From an uncultured delta proteobacterium (GTDB lineage Bacteria; Myxococcota_A; Polyangia; Polyangiales; Polyangiaceae), in contig CAWDXG010000004.1 of the NCBI GenBank assembly GCA_963806225.1, forward strand, positions 800,001-864,000: a stretch of 64,000 bases of DNA. Reading direction: 5' to 3'. Below the pieces are notes generated by a model that saw only the letters and a list, made by a program, of their open reading frames with translations, made no database searches and had not been told where the DNA came from. This document shows positions 1 to 11,200 of this stretch, piece by piece. The position numbers and the translations under genes were made by a program. How positions within the stretch are numbered: position 1 is the stretch's first letter; each line of letters begins with the position of its first letter.

Positions 1-822
1 GCGCCAGGCGCCGGCGACGAGGTGGAGCATCGGGCCCAGGTGCTGCTCGCGGTTGTCGCGGACCTTGCGTGCCAGTGAAGGATCGCCGGACTTTTCCTCG
101 ACTCGAGCGGCGACGTGCTCCGTCAAGAGATCCTCGACCGGCGCGTCGAGCGCGCCCTGGATGTTCGGCTGCAGGCGCGTCTGCTCGTGCAAACCGACCT
201 GGCCGTTGGCGAGCAGGATGAGCTGGGCCTTCTTCGTGAAGTCGGACTCGAAGCGCGCCTGGTAGTAGATCGCGAACGCGCTCTTCAACAGATCCTGGCC
301 GCCTTCCGAAGCGGGTCCAGGTCTGAACGCACCCACAAACGCCTCGATCGTCGCCTGCTTGAACTCCGTATCTTTGCCGAACGCCACGATCGCGCGCAGG
401 AACTCCGGAGCCAGCTCCGCGAACACCTTCAGGTTGCCGTCGGCAATGGTGCGGCTCACGTCGCCCAGCGTGCGTTCGACGCGCTCGATCACGTCGGCGC
501 GCTGGAGCGCGGCTGCAGTCTGCCCGCCGAAGATGCTGCGGTTGAGCCATTCGAGCGCGCTATCGAGCCTTCCGGCGTCCTCGATCAGATCCAGCAGCGG
601 CTTCGGCAGCTCTTCGTCGCGGATCGACTCGCCCGCGGTTTTCGACGCCCAGGTCGCAAACGTCGACCAGTTGACATTCTTCCGCCCCAGAACGCTGGTG
701 ATCCCCAACGACAGATCGTGATAGCGCTGCGTGATGAGCAGGTTCCTGAGCACCGCATCCTCCAGCCCCACGATGCGCTGAAGGTCCGCCCGCGCCCCGG
801 TCTCATCGTCGAGGTCCAACAT
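1..822 (-). CDS. Conserved hypothetical protein, runs off the window edge (3' partial)
   Basis: Not in the ORF track because it has no stop inside the window. Manual translation from ATG at 822 gives MLDLDDETGARADLQRIVGLEDAVLRNLLITQRYHDLS...NVNWSTFATWASKTAG...GNLKVFAEL...LLANGQVGLHEQTRLQP, open to position 1. Confidence 0.75.
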   Translation of the reverse strand, partial: MLDLDDETGARADLQRIVGLEDAVLRNLLITQRYHDLSLGITSVLGRKNVNWSTFATWASKTAGESIRDEELPKPLLDLIEDAGRLDSALEWLNRSIFGGQTAAALQRADVIERVERTLGDVSRTIADGNLKVFAELAPEFLRAIVAFGKDTEFKQATIEAFVGAFRPGPASEGGQDLLKSAFAIYYQARFESDFTKKAQLILLANGQVGLHEQTRLQPNIQGALDAPVEDLLTEHVAARVEEKSGDPSLARKVRDNREQHLGPMLHLVAGAWR

Positions 823-890
823 CCGCCGATGATCCCCACCCTGTGTCCGGGAGGCAAGCCCCCCGGGGCTACTCCGGCCGCCGCCGCGGA

Positions 891-899
891 TGCTACGCT
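891..899 (+). promoter_or_regulatory. Extended -10-like element (TGCTACGCT) 6 nt upstream of a GTG start; possible leaderless promoter
   Basis: Matches TGnTAnnnT. An identical 9-mer with identical spacing lies upstream of the gene starting at 50678. Confidence 0.5.
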
Positions 900-905
900 C
901 AGCTG

Positions 906-3900
906 GTGTCGGAAGAGCATCCCGCACGCCGCCCGGGGGTGGCCATGCCCCCGGACTCTGCGCGCACCGCGCCGAGCCAGAGCGCGCCGATGGACCTCGG
1001 CACGCGGCTGGTGCACGGCTCGCTGGTCGCCGAGCGGTTCGAGGTGGAAAGCTTCGCCGGGCTGGGCGGCATGGGCGCGGTCTACCGCGCCACCGACCAC
1101 CTCACGGGCCAGCCGGTCGCACTGAAGACGCTCCTCGGCGGGACGCCGGACGGCGAGGAGCGTTTCTCGCGCGAGGCCCGCGCACTGAGCGAGCTCGATC
1201 ATCCCGCCATCGTTCGCTACGTGGCGCACGGTCGGACGAAGAGCGGCATCGCCTACCTGGCGATGGAGTGGCTGGAGGGCGAGGAGCTGGCGTCGGTCCT
1301 CTCGCACAGCACGCTCACCCTGGCCGAAAGTCTCACGCTCGCGCAGCGTCTCGCCTCGGCGCTGGCCGCGGCGCATGCGCGCAGCATCGTGCACCGCGAC
1401 CTCAACCCGCGGAACATCTTCCTCGTCGACGGCAACGTCGAGAAGTCGAGGCTGCTCGACTTCGGCATCGCGCACCTGGGTCATGCCACGCGCCGGCTGA
1501 CCCTGAGCGGCAGTAGCCTCGGCACGCCGGGCTACATGGCGCCCGAGCAGGCCCAGGGCGCCGAGGATCTCGATCCGCGGGTGGATGTCTTCGCGCTGGG
1601 CTGCGTGCTGTTCGAGTGCCTGACGGCGCGGCCCGCGTTCGTGGGGCACAACGTCATGGCGCTGCTCACCAAGATCCTGCTGGAGGAACCGCCGCACCCT
1701 GGCGATCTCAACAGCCACGTGCCAGCCGAGCTCGACGAGCTGGTGTCGCGCATGATCGCCAAGAACCGCAACGAGCGGCCCGCAGACGGCGCCGAAGTGC
1801 TGGCACTGCTCGAGCAGGTCGGGCCGACGGGCAGCGCGCGGCCCGCCACGCCCGCGGCAGACAAGCGCGCGATCACCGGCGGCGAGAAGCGCCTCTTGTC
1901 CGTGATCCTCGCCAGCGGAGGGAACGACGCCGACGCGCTGACACCGCATCGGGCAGCCATCGAAGACGCGGTCGAACCGTTCGGCGGCGAAGCGGGCTTT
2001 CTCCTCGACGGGTCGCTCGTGGTGACGCTCGCCGGTGGCGGCAACGCCAACGACCAGGCGGTGCGGGCCGCGCGCGCTGCTCTGGCCCTGCGCGGGGCGC
2101 TGCCCGACACGCGCATCGCGCTCAGCACAGGCCGCGGCGAACAGGCGCGGGGGCGACCCGTCGGCGAAGCGCTCGACCGGGCGCTCGCGCTCCTGTCGGG
2201 CGCCCCGCCGGCTCCGCCCACCGCCACCAGCCCGGCGCGCCCGGTGCAGCTCGACGAGATCACCGCGGGGCTGCTCGATCCGCGCTTCGAGATCAGCGGC
2301 GACGGCTCGACGCTCACGCTCAAGGGCATCCGCGAGTTGGTCGAGCCAGCCCGCACGCTGCTCGGCAAGCCCACCTCCTGCGTCGGGCGGCAGCGGGAGC
2401 TCATCACGCTGGAGGCGACGTACGCCGAGTGCGCCGAGGAGTCGGTCGCGCGGGCGGTGCTGGTCACGGCGCCGGTCGGCTACGGCAAATCGCGGCTCCG
2501 CCACGAGCTGCTCAGGCGCCTCAGGCGACAGGAGATGGGGCCAGAGGTGCTGATCGGACAGGGCGACTCGGTCACGGCGGGCGCACCGTTCGCCATCATC
2601 GGCCAGGCCGTCCGCCGCTCATCCGGGATCCGCGACGGCGAACCGCTCGGCGTGCGGCAGCAGAAGCTTCGCGCGCGCGTGGGCCGCAGCGCACCCGAGG
2701 GCGATCTGGTGCGGCTCGTCGAGTTCCTCGGCGAGCTGGTCGGTTCGCCCTTCCCCGACGACGCGAGCGTGCAGCTGCGCGCAGCGCGCCAGGATCCGAT
2801 GCTGCGCGGCGATCAGATGCGCCGCGCATTCGAGGACTTCCTCCGGTACGAGTGCGCCGAGCGCCCGGTGCTGCTGTTGCTGGAGGACCTGCACTGGGGC
2901 GACCTGCCGACCATCAAGCTTGTCGATGCGGTGCTCCGCAATCTCAAGAATTGCCCGCTGATGGTCCTGGCGCTGGCGCGACCGGAAGTGCACGACCAGT
3001 TCCCGAACCTGTGGGAAAAGCGCGGGCTGTTCGAGCTGAGGCTGCCGGAGCTGACCGCGCGGGCCAGCGAGCAGCTGGTCCGCGAGGTGCTGGGCGACAT
3101 CGAGCCGGCCCGCGTAGAGCGGCTGATCGAGCGAGCGGGCGGCAATGCGTTCTGGCTGGAGGAGCTGATCCGGGCGGAGGCCGAGGGCCGCGGCGGAACG
3201 CTGCCGGACACCGTCGTGGTCATGGCGCAGGCGCGCCTCGAGCGGCTGGGGAGCGAGGCGCGGCGGGTGCTGCGTGCGGCCAGCGTCTTCGGCCGGCAGT
3301 TCTGGCGCGGTGCGGTCAAGGCGCTGCTCGGCAACGAGGACGGCGCCGTGTCGATCGACGGGCTTCTGGAGGAGCTGGAAGAGCGCGAGGTGATCGCGCC
3401 CAGCGCGCCCAGCCGCTTCCCCGGAGAGAGCGAGTTCGTTTTCCGCCACGCGCTTCTGCGCGACGCCGCCTACGAGATGCTCACCGAGAGCGACCGCGTG
3501 GTAGGCCACCAGCTGGCGGGAAAGTGGCTGGAGCGCGCCGGCGAGATCGAGGCGCTGGTGCTCGCCGAGCACTTCGAACGCGGCGACAGCCCCGAGGGCG
3601 CGATCCGCTGGTACGTGCGCGCCGGGCGCCAGGCGCTGGAAGGCAACGACCCCAACGGCGCGCTCTCGCGCGCCCGGCGCGGCATGGCGCTCGGCGCGAA
3701 GGGAGAGGAGCTGGGCGCGCTGGAGCTGCTCGAGGCCGAAACGCAGAAGTGGCGCGGGCAGAACCGCGAGGCACAACGCGCCGCCCTCGAGGCGCTCGGG
3801 CACCTGGGCCGCGGCAGCGCGCAGTGGTTCAGCGCCGCGGGCGAAGCCGCGGCAGCCAGCGGCAAAGCCGGCGACGGCGAGCAGCTGGTTTTCATCGCGG

Positions 3901-4862
3901 AGCGGCTCCGCGATCTGGCGCCGGGCGAGGAAGCCCCGCCGCAGCGGCTGATCGCTCTGGCGCGCTCGGCGACCCAGCTCGTCCTGAGCGGCAGGCCTGC
4001 GCTTGCCGACGCACTGCTCGAGCTGCTCGACGCTGGTTCCGGCGCGCACGGCGCCGATCCGGCGCTGATGGCGTGGATCCACGAAGCTCACGCCGTGCGC
4101 GCCGGCGCGGGCGGCGATCCAGCCGCGCGCGTGCGGCTGGCTGAAGCCGCGGCGGACAGCTTCGAGCAGGCCGGCGATCTCCGCAACGCGTGCCTGCAGC
4201 GCGTGAGCGTGGGCTTCGCGTGCGTGGAGATCGGCGCCTACGCGGCGGCCGAGCGCTCGCTCTCCGATGCCCTGACGCTGGGCGAGCGCATCGGCCTGAC
4301 CAATTCGATCCCCGTGGCGCAGGCACAGCTCGCGCGCGCCCTGTCCCGCCGCGGCAAGCTCGCGGAGGCCATCGAGCTCGAACGCCAGGCCGTCGCCGCG
4401 CTCGCCGAGCAGGGCAACCAGCGCCTGAGCGGCGTCGCACGCGGCTACGTAGCCCGCATGCTGCTGGAGTCGGGCGACACCGACACGGCACTCGAAGAGG
4501 CGACGCACGCCGTGGAGATGCTCGAAGGCGCGCCGGCACTCCTGTGTTCTGCGCTGGCCACGCTGGCGCTGGTGCATCTTTCGGCCGGGCAGAGCGACGC
4601 GGCGCTCGAGGTCGCTCGGCGCGGCGCGGAGCTACTCGCGAAGGTCGGCGAGAGCGCCGTCGGCGAGTCGCTGATCCGCCTGGCCCACATCGAGGCGCTG
4701 CTGGCGGCCGGCCGCCGCGAGGAAGCGCAGCAGGCCGCCGCCGAGGCGCGTGCCCGCATCGACGCCCGCGCCCGGCGCATCGCCGACGCCGAGTGGCGGA
4801 AGCACTTCACGGACGGCCTGCCGGAGAACGTCCGGACCCTGGAGCTGGCGAAGGAGCTGTAG
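906..4862 (+). CDS. Ser/Thr kinase fused to a degenerate cyclase-like segment, a P-loop NTPase (AAA_16/STAND-like) and TPR-like repeats
   Basis: Kinase motifs GLGGMGAVY, VALK, HRDLNPRN, DFG, GTPGYMAPEQ; then GEKRLLSV; Walker A APVGYGKS; Walker B LLLLEDLHW; FRHALLRDAAY; helical repeats. Start chosen at GTG 906 (alternatives ATG 945 or 990). Confidence 0.9.
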   Translation: MSEEHPARRPGVAMPPDSARTAPSQSAPMDLGTRLVHGSLVAERFEVESFAGLGGMGAVYRATDHLTGQPVALKTLLGGTPDGEERFSREARALSELDHPAIVRYVAHGRTKSGIAYLAMEWLEGEELASVLSHSTLTLAESLTLAQRLASALAAAHARSIVHRDLNPRNIFLVDGNVEKSRLLDFGIAHLGHATRRLTLSGSSLGTPGYMAPEQAQGAEDLDPRVDVFALGCVLFECLTARPAFVGHNVMALLTKILLEEPPHPGDLNSHVPAELDELVSRMIAKNRNERPADGAEVLALLEQVGPTGSARPATPAADKRAITGGEKRLLSVILASGGNDADALTPHRAAIEDAVEPFGGEAGFLLDGSLVVTLAGGGNANDQAVRAARAALALRGALPDTRIALSTGRGEQARGRPVGEALDRALALLSGAPPAPPTATSPARPVQLDEITAGLLDPRFEISGDGSTLTLKGIRELVEPARTLLGKPTSCVGRQRELITLEATYAECAEESVARAVLVTAPVGYGKSRLRHELLRRLRRQEMGPEVLIGQGDSVTAGAPFAIIGQAVRRSSGIRDGEPLGVRQQKLRARVGRSAPEGDLVRLVEFLGELVGSPFPDDASVQLRAARQDPMLRGDQMRRAFEDFLRYECAERPVLLLLEDLHWGDLPTIKLVDAVLRNLKNCPLMVLALARPEVHDQFPNLWEKRGLFELRLPELTARASEQLVREVLGDIEPARVERLIERAGGNAFWLEELIRAEAEGRGGTLPDTVVVMAQARLERLGSEARRVLRAASVFGRQFWRGAVKALLGNEDGAVSIDGLLEELEEREVIAPSAPSRFPGESEFVFRHALLRDAAYEMLTESDRVVGHQLAGKWLERAGEIEALVLAEHFERGDSPEGAIRWYVRAGRQALEGNDPNGALSRARRGMALGAKGEELGALELLEAETQKWRGQNREAQRAALEALGHLGRGSAQWFSAAGEAAAASGKAGDGEQLVFIAERLRDLAPGEEAPPQRLIALARSATQLVLSGRPALADALLELLDAGSGAHGADPALMAWIHEAHAVRAGAGGDPAARVRLAEAAADSFEQAGDLRNACLQRVSVGFACVEIGAYAAAERSLSDALTLGERIGLTNSIPVAQAQLARALSRRGKLAEAIELERQAVAALAEQGNQRLSGVARGYVARMLLESGDTDTALEEATHAVEMLEGAPALLCSALATLALVHLSAGQSDAALEVARRGAELLAKVGESAVGESLIRLAHIEALLAAGRREEAQQAAAEARARIDARARRIADAEWRKHFTDGLPENVRTLELAKEL

Positions 4863-5065
4863 GTGCCTCCCCTCGGCATTGTGCGGCGCGATGGCGGCTT
4901 GGGACGACCGCGCGCTGGCGGCACTGGGCTACCGCGTGCTCAGGCTGCACCAAAGGACCGGGGAGAATGCGGCGTTCGCCCGTGGTGCACTGCCACGGGC
5001 GCGGTCATCGCCACCTCGTCCCGGTCGCCGGTGTCGGCTCTGGCGAAGTGTGGGAGCATGGGGTC

Positions 5066-6100
5066 GTGCGGGTGGAGATACCTGTCGTACTGGTCGGAGT
5101 GGCGCTGGCCGGTTGCGGCGCGCGTACTGCGCTCGCGTCGCGCGAACGAGCGGCACCGCCCGCGGCCGCCACCGTGCCGGACGCGCCGGCATGCGCAGCG
5201 CCTGCGCCCTTGCCGACTGTCCTGTTCGAGGATCCCGGGCTGCAGCTCACCGACATCGCGATCGACACCGATGCCCTCTACTTGACCGAGCTGAACAGCC
5301 CCGACGTGCTTCGCGTTTCCAAGTGTGACGGGACGACTCGAACCCTCCAGGCACCAGCGTCCGTGGACGGACCTGCCGTCGACCTGGTGGTCGCGGGCGG
5401 CCACGTTGCGTGGCTGGTGCTCCAGGGCCTCGGCGGCTGGGTCGTGGCGGCATCGACCGCGCCCGGGGCCGCGAGCCAGGTGCTGGTGCACATCAGCGAT
5501 CCAGAGGTCCTCGGGGAGGCTCTCGCGATCGATGAGCAGCGTGCGTTCTTCGTGGCCGGACCGCTGCACGGAGGGGGAGCCCTGGGCAGCGTGGCGCTCC
5601 AGGGCGGAACGCCGGCAACGCTGCATCCCGGCTGGGACGGCCCGGTCGCTGCCGACGACACGCGCGTCTATGCCGCCGAGTCGCCGCCCACCGGACAGGC
5701 GCTGTTGAGCGTTCCGAAGGTTGGCGGAACCGCGCGCGTGCTGGTGCCGTCGGTTCATGGCTTCGAGCGCGCTTTCGCCAGCGATGCCGGCTACGTCTAC
5801 TGGCTACAATGGAACGACAACGGCCACGGATCGGCTGTCATGCGCGTGCCGAAGCGAGGAGGCGCGGCCCAGACGGTCGTCCCCGACCAGTCCTCGCCCT
5901 CGTCGATCGCAGTGGACGATTGGAATGTCTACTGGCTGGTCGCCGACGCCGCCGTACCGCCAAACAGGACCGCGATGCGGGCGCCCAAAGCGGGCGGCGC
6001 CTCCGACATCCTGACCTCCGGCCCGTTCGAGAGCATCGCGCTCGACCGGCGCACCCTCTACTGGTGCACGCGCCACGCCGTGATGAAGCTCGACAAGTAG
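5066..6100 (+). CDS. Lipoprotein with beta-propeller repeats (DUF5050-like)
   Basis: Lipobox VALAGC; repeated IAID/IAVD..xVYW blades and (V/A)PKxGG motifs. This is the 3' part of track ORF 4190..6100. Confidence 0.75.
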   Translation: MRVEIPVVLVGVALAGCGARTALASRERAAPPAAATVPDAPACAAPAPLPTVLFEDPGLQLTDIAIDTDALYLTELNSPDVLRVSKCDGTTRTLQAPASVDGPAVDLVVAGGHVAWLVLQGLGGWVVAASTAPGAASQVLVHISDPEVLGEALAIDEQRAFFVAGPLHGGGALGSVALQGGTPATLHPGWDGPVAADDTRVYAAESPPTGQALLSVPKVGGTARVLVPSVHGFERAFASDAGYVYWLQWNDNGHGSAVMRVPKRGGAAQTVVPDQSSPSSIAVDDWNVYWLVADAAVPPNRTAMRAPKAGGASDILTSGPFESIALDRRTLYWCTRHAVMKLDK

Positions 6101-6143
6101 CAGTCGACCCAGCGGGGGCGCGCGGCGCATTCGCTGCCGGCCG

Positions 6144-8231
6144 CTACGGCCCGCTCCACGTCACGAGCTTGTCTGCGGCAGTCACGCCTTCGCTGCTGCT
6201 GCTGAGCTTCTGGTCCGGCCAGCGGATGTCGACCTTTTCAGCGCTCTGGCAGGCGCCCAGGCCATAGTACAGCACCAGGTCATTCTGCTGGCCGAAGTGG
6301 CCGTAGCCGCCGCCGACTTCCTGCATCTGCGTCACGCCGCCGGCAGTGACGCTCACGCGCGCGCCGATGGCGGCCTTGTTCGCGCCGCCCTTGCCCTGGA
6401 GCTTGACCGCCAGCCAGTGGCCGAGCGTGGAGGCGTCGTTCTCGTACAGGTGCACCTCGTTCTTCGACCAGATCTTGCCGCAGTCGCGCGCCGTGCCGGA
6501 GCCGACCACCACGTCCAGATCCCCGTCGCGATCGAAGTCGGCGACGGCCAGACCGCTGGCGCAAGCGTGATGCAGACCCCAGCTCTGGCCCACTTCCTCG
6601 AAATTGCCGTCGGCTTTCTGGTGGAAGACGAGCGAGTACTGGTCGGGGTAGTCGCTGTTGGCGACGATCACGTCTTTCCGGCCGTCGTTGTCCAGGTCGA
6701 CGAGGGCCGCCATCAGCGCGCCCTCGTTCCAGCCGGCGGTGGGGTGCGGGAAGATCATGCCGTTCTTGTCGGGCGCGATGCGGTCGTAGTGCAGCTTGTC
6801 GCCGGACAGGTTGCCGAGCAGGAGCTGGGACGGATCGCTGCTCTGGCCGACGTGGAAGTGGCGGATCTCGGCGCTGTACAGATCCATCACGCCGTCGCCG
6901 TTCACGTCGCCGCAGGCGGTGGTGAAGGTGTTGCCGTTGGCGCGCCAGAGCTGGTCGTCCGTGCCCGGGTTCCAGTACGCGCCGGCTGGGTTCGGGCACT
7001 GGATGATGGGCTGCGGGTTCTTGGGGCAGGCCGGGTCGCTGTTGGCGGTGCACCAGCAGACGAAGAACTGGTTGTCGCTGTAGTCGGTGATGCTGTCGCC
7101 CGCGTAGCCCGTATCGCGCCCCACGTCCTTGAAGTGGCCGTTGCCGTCGTTGAGGTAGAGCTGGTTCCACTGCCGGCCGTAGGCGCTGACCAGCAGATCC
7201 ATGTCGCCATCACCGTCCACGTCGCAGGAGGTGGCGCCGTAGGCGGGCCGCGCGTTGGTGCCGTTGGCGTAGCCGCCGATGATATTGGTCGTGAGCCCCG
7301 CGCTGCTCGTCACTTCCTTGAACGTGCCGTCGCCCTGCCCCAGAAGCAGGTGCGCCTGCGTGCCGGAATACGAGAAGCCGTAGCTTGCGTACCAGCCCAC
7401 CACGAACAGATCGATATTGCCGTCGCGGTTCACGTCCGCGAACGTTGCGCCGCTGACCGGCAGCCCGTTGCTCGCGTACGGCTCCAGCTTGGGACCGAAC
7501 GTGAAGTGCCCCTTGCCGTCGTTCAGCATCAGCTCGGAGCGGTCCTTGTCCGCAGGCGTGGGTGGGCTCTTCACTTTCGAGTTGTCGGTGAAGGTGCCGC
7601 TGAACAGATCGAGATCGCCGTCGTTATCGACGTTGCCGGCGACGGCCAGCTGCGTGGAGCGGATTTCGTCCTGCGCGCCGTCGCGCGTCGCGCCGTAGCC
7701 GCTCTGCACTGTCTCGTCGACGAACATGCGCCCGCCGCCCGGCGCAGGGCGGTTCATCAGGATGTGCGTGCGCATGTCCGGCGGGGCCGGGAGGCCCGCA
7801 TCCGACGCGCCCGCCTCTGCCGCGCCCGCATCTGCGCCCGCCTCTGCCGCGCCCGCATCTGCCCCGCCCGCATCTGCGCCCGCCTCTGCCGCGCCGCCGC
7901 TGCCTCCGGACGCCGCGATCGCACCGCGCTGGTTCGAGCCGATCGAGTTGACCACAAGATCCGGATAGTCGTCGCCGTCCAGGTCGACCGCGATGATGCG
8001 GTTGCCCGTGATGCCCGACAGCCCCCAGTCCGCGGTCTTGTCGGTGAAGTGCGGCGAGCCGCTCACGGCGTGCACGTCGCAGGAAGGCGGCGCACCACCG
8101 GTGCCGCCCGTGCCGCCAGCTCCGCCGCCGTCGCTGCCCGCCGTCCCTCCCGAGCCCGACGGTTTGGCGGAGTTCGACGACGAGCAGGCGGTGAAGAAGC
8201 CAAGGGCGAAAAGCAGGACGAAGCGGCGCAT
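6144..8231 (-). CDS. FG-GAP/VCBS repeat lipoprotein with a C-terminal ASPIC/UnbV domain (CRTAC1-like)
   Basis: Lipobox FFTAC; many DxDxDGDxDL repeats; C-terminal HWLAVKL...NKAAIGARV...QEVGGGYG...YYGLG...IRWPD. Confidence 0.88.
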   Translation of the reverse strand: MRRFVLLFALGFFTACSSSNSAKPSGSGGTAGSDGGGAGGTGGTGGAPPSCDVHAVSGSPHFTDKTADWGLSGITGNRIIAVDLDGDDYPDLVVNSIGSNQRGAIAASGGSGGAAEAGADAGGADAGAAEAGADAGAAEAGASDAGLPAPPDMRTHILMNRPAPGGGRMFVDETVQSGYGATRDGAQDEIRSTQLAVAGNVDNDGDLDLFSGTFTDNSKVKSPPTPADKDRSELMLNDGKGHFTFGPKLEPYASNGLPVSGATFADVNRDGNIDLFVVGWYASYGFSYSGTQAHLLLGQGDGTFKEVTSSAGLTTNIIGGYANGTNARPAYGATSCDVDGDGDMDLLVSAYGRQWNQLYLNDGNGHFKDVGRDTGYAGDSITDYSDNQFFVCWCTANSDPACPKNPQPIIQCPNPAGAYWNPGTDDQLWRANGNTFTTACGDVNGDGVMDLYSAEIRHFHVGQSSDPSQLLLGNLSGDKLHYDRIAPDKNGMIFPHPTAGWNEGALMAALVDLDNDGRKDVIVANSDYPDQYSLVFHQKADGNFEEVGQSWGLHHACASGLAVADFDRDGDLDVVVGSGTARDCGKIWSKNEVHLYENDASTLGHWLAVKLQGKGGANKAAIGARVSVTAGGVTQMQEVGGGYGHFGQQNDLVLYYGLGACQSAEKVDIRWPDQKLSSSSEGVTAADKLVTWSGP

Positions 8232-8270
8232 AGGTCCGACCATTATGCACGGAATCGCCCTGGGATAGGC

Positions 8271-11200
8271 CTACAGCTCGATCTCCGTCGCGCCGGCCGG
8301 CAGGTTCTTCTTCTCCACATGGACCGTGAAGTCCTTGCCATTCCACGCAATGTCCGTGCGCCGGAGCGCCACCGGGCGCTCCCCGGGCTCGCTCCTCAGC
8401 CGAGCCACGAAGCCGGCGCGCGCGGCATCCGAAGTGGAAAGCAGCGCGGACGAGAGCCCTGCGCGCGCCGCATCCGTGACCTCGCCGAGCCCCACATCCT
8501 TGCCGTCCAGACGCTCGACCAGGAGCACATTCTGGTCCAGCTGCTGCCACGTGAGCAGGACCAGCGTGCCGGGCCCACTGAAGAGCTGCAGCTGCTTCAG
8601 CTCACGCTTGATGCTGGCCGCGCGCCGCTTGGGATCCACCGACGGCTGTCCCGGCGCTGCCTTCGGCGGAGTTTCGAGCAGCCCCGCCAGACGCTCGGCG
8701 GACCACAGCCGCGCCCAGCGTCGCGGATCGGTGGGACCCGGGTTGCCCTGCGCGCTGGAGACCTTGCGCTCGATGCGCAGCGCTTCATCCACCCGACCCG
8801 CGCCGGCGGCCGCCGCAGCCAGCCGCAGCCAGCCGAGCGCGTCATCCGGCGCCTCTTCGGTGATCGTCTGGTACTGGCGGTAGGCCGGGTCGTCCCAGCC
8901 GTGCCCGAGGTAGATGTCGCCGAGCAGGCGCCGCGAGGCGATGCTCTCCGGATCGAACTCGACGATCTCGGAGTAGGTGCGCACGGCTTCGTCGGAGAGC
9001 CCCGCACCGGCCAGCACGTCGCCCAGCTGCTGTGCGATGTGCGGCGTCATCAGCCCCTGGTCGCGCAGCCGCCGTCCGATCGCGAGCGCTTCGTCCTTGT
9101 GCCCGGCTTCCACCAAGAGCTTCACCAGGCGGATGCCGCCGTTCGGATCCTCCGGCGCGCGGGCGATGTACTCGCGCAGCTTCTGGATGCGCTTGTCGAG
9201 ATCCGCGATGGCGCTCAGCTCGAGATCCGCCTTGTCCCAGCTCACCGACGAGCCGAACAGCACGCGCTCCACTGCGGCCACCATGCGCGGGTCCACCGAG
9301 CGACGCAGGATCAGCTTGGCCAGGAACTTCTCCACCTCGGGCCGCGCCCGGAAATGGCCGAGCACGACGCCCACGGCCCCCTCGTTGTCGACGTGCTTCT
9401 CGAGCAGCTCGATGAACGTGCGCTCGGCGCGCCAGTTGCCGAGCTCGCAGGCGCGGCGCGCCGCCTCGTAGCGCGCGATCAGCTCCCCAGCGGACTTCGC
9501 CGTGCGCAGGCGTTTGCGCCACAGGAGCACGCGCTGTGCGAGCGGCCGCGCCGCTGCATCGGAGCAGGTCGCGACCTGCACGGGCTTTCGCTCGTCGAGA
9601 TCGAGCTTGCCCGCCTGGAGCGTGTCGCTCGGCTCGTCGCTCTGCTCGCCGTCGCCTTCCGCGTTCTTGTTCTTGCCGAGCAGAGCCAGCGCGCCGCTCC
9701 CGCCCTTCGGCCTGCGTGCGTCGAGGCCGCCGAGACCACCGCCGACCCTACCGGTCCGGCTCCCGTGGCGCGACGGAGCGTAGTGCTTCCGGGGCGCCAT
9801 CTTGGCTTCGTCCTTCGGCCGGTCGCCCTGGTCGTTCGCGGCCTTCTCCTCCGGCTCGGCGACCACGGAAGGCACGGGCGCGGCTTGGGGCACAGGCGCG
9901 GCCGCCGCCGACTGCGGCTTGGCTGCCGGCGCGACGGCGTAGCGCTGGTTGGGCTCCGACTTGGCTCGCATGCCCTGACCTTCCTGTTTCTGCTCGACCT
10001 GCCGCGCCGCGACGGTCTGCTCCTTGTTGCCCGAGCCCGGCTCGAAACGGTCGCAGCCGAACGTCACGGACACGGGTGAAGCGTTCAGCATCGCAGCCAG
10101 CTCTCGCTCGCTCCTGGCGTCCAGCGACGTGAGCTCGACGCCGCGGAGCTTCGAGTGCTTTCGCGGGATCCCCATCTCGGAGTACGCGGCCTCGCTCTCC
10201 AGCGCGAGGATGCTGGTGTACGGCGTCATGAGCCCGTACGTCATGCCGAGCGAGACGATGCGCCCGCGCTCGGCATCTGCGCCGGTGTCCTGGCCGAGCA
10301 GGCGCCGCACGTATTCGGCGGCCCACAGCCGCGGCACGAACGCCGTCAGCACGCCCTTGTCTTTCTCGACGTCGTACTCCTTCGTGAACGGCGTGCCGCC
10401 GAGCCGCCCTTTCACCTTCACCTTCGACGGCAGGTCGTGGTGGGTGCGCGCCAGCACGGTCACCTGCGAGCCGCGCGAGACCTTGCCGCTGGCACTGGTG
10501 AAGACATCGTCGAGCCCGGCGCCGAGATCGATGTCCAGATCGGTGATGGTGGGGACCTTGAGCGCGGCAGCGAGCTGTAGGGCCGTCGACGTCGTCTCTT
10601 CCGCCTCGTCCACCCGCAACATCCGGCCGCCGCCGGCGCGCGCCAGCTCGGCCAAGAGCCCCATGTCGGCGTCCATCCCCACGGCCACGGTAAACAGCCG
10701 CGCGCGCGAGGTCCCGAGCGCGCGACGTAGCCTTTCGACCAGCTGCTCCCCGCTCATGTCGCCGGAAGTGGCGATGCCATCGCCCACGTACACCACAGCC
10801 GGCTGCTCGGTGCCGTGCAACCTGGCCAGCGAGACGTCGAACAGCGACGACAGGTCCGTCGCGCCGCCCGAGGAGTGATCGGCCAGCGCCTCGAGCGCCT
10901 TCGAGATCTCCTGATCGGAAGCCGGCGCCAGACCCTTCGCCGGGTGCAGCACCGTCGCCTTCACGTCGAGCGCGACCAGCGCAAAACGATCGTCGTCGCT
11001 GAGCGCGCGCAGGATCGCCTCCGCGGTGGATGCCTTGAGCTGGCGGCTGGCTTCGTCGCCGGCGGCCGACGTATCCACCACCACCACGACATCACCCCGC
11101 GGCTGCTTCTGCTTGCTGAAGTCCACGTCCGGCGTGTAGCGCGCGAGCACATAGTCGGCGCTGTCGCCCCCCGCCTTGAAGCGCGCCAACCGGAGCGGTG

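Noticed and set aside
115..1125. Long + strand ORF (336 aa) and many other long antisense or alternate-frame ORFs, e.g. 6297..10079, 27669..30251, 44719..47637
   Set aside because: Shadow ORFs typical of high-GC DNA; they overlap motif-bearing genes and have no recognisable motifs.
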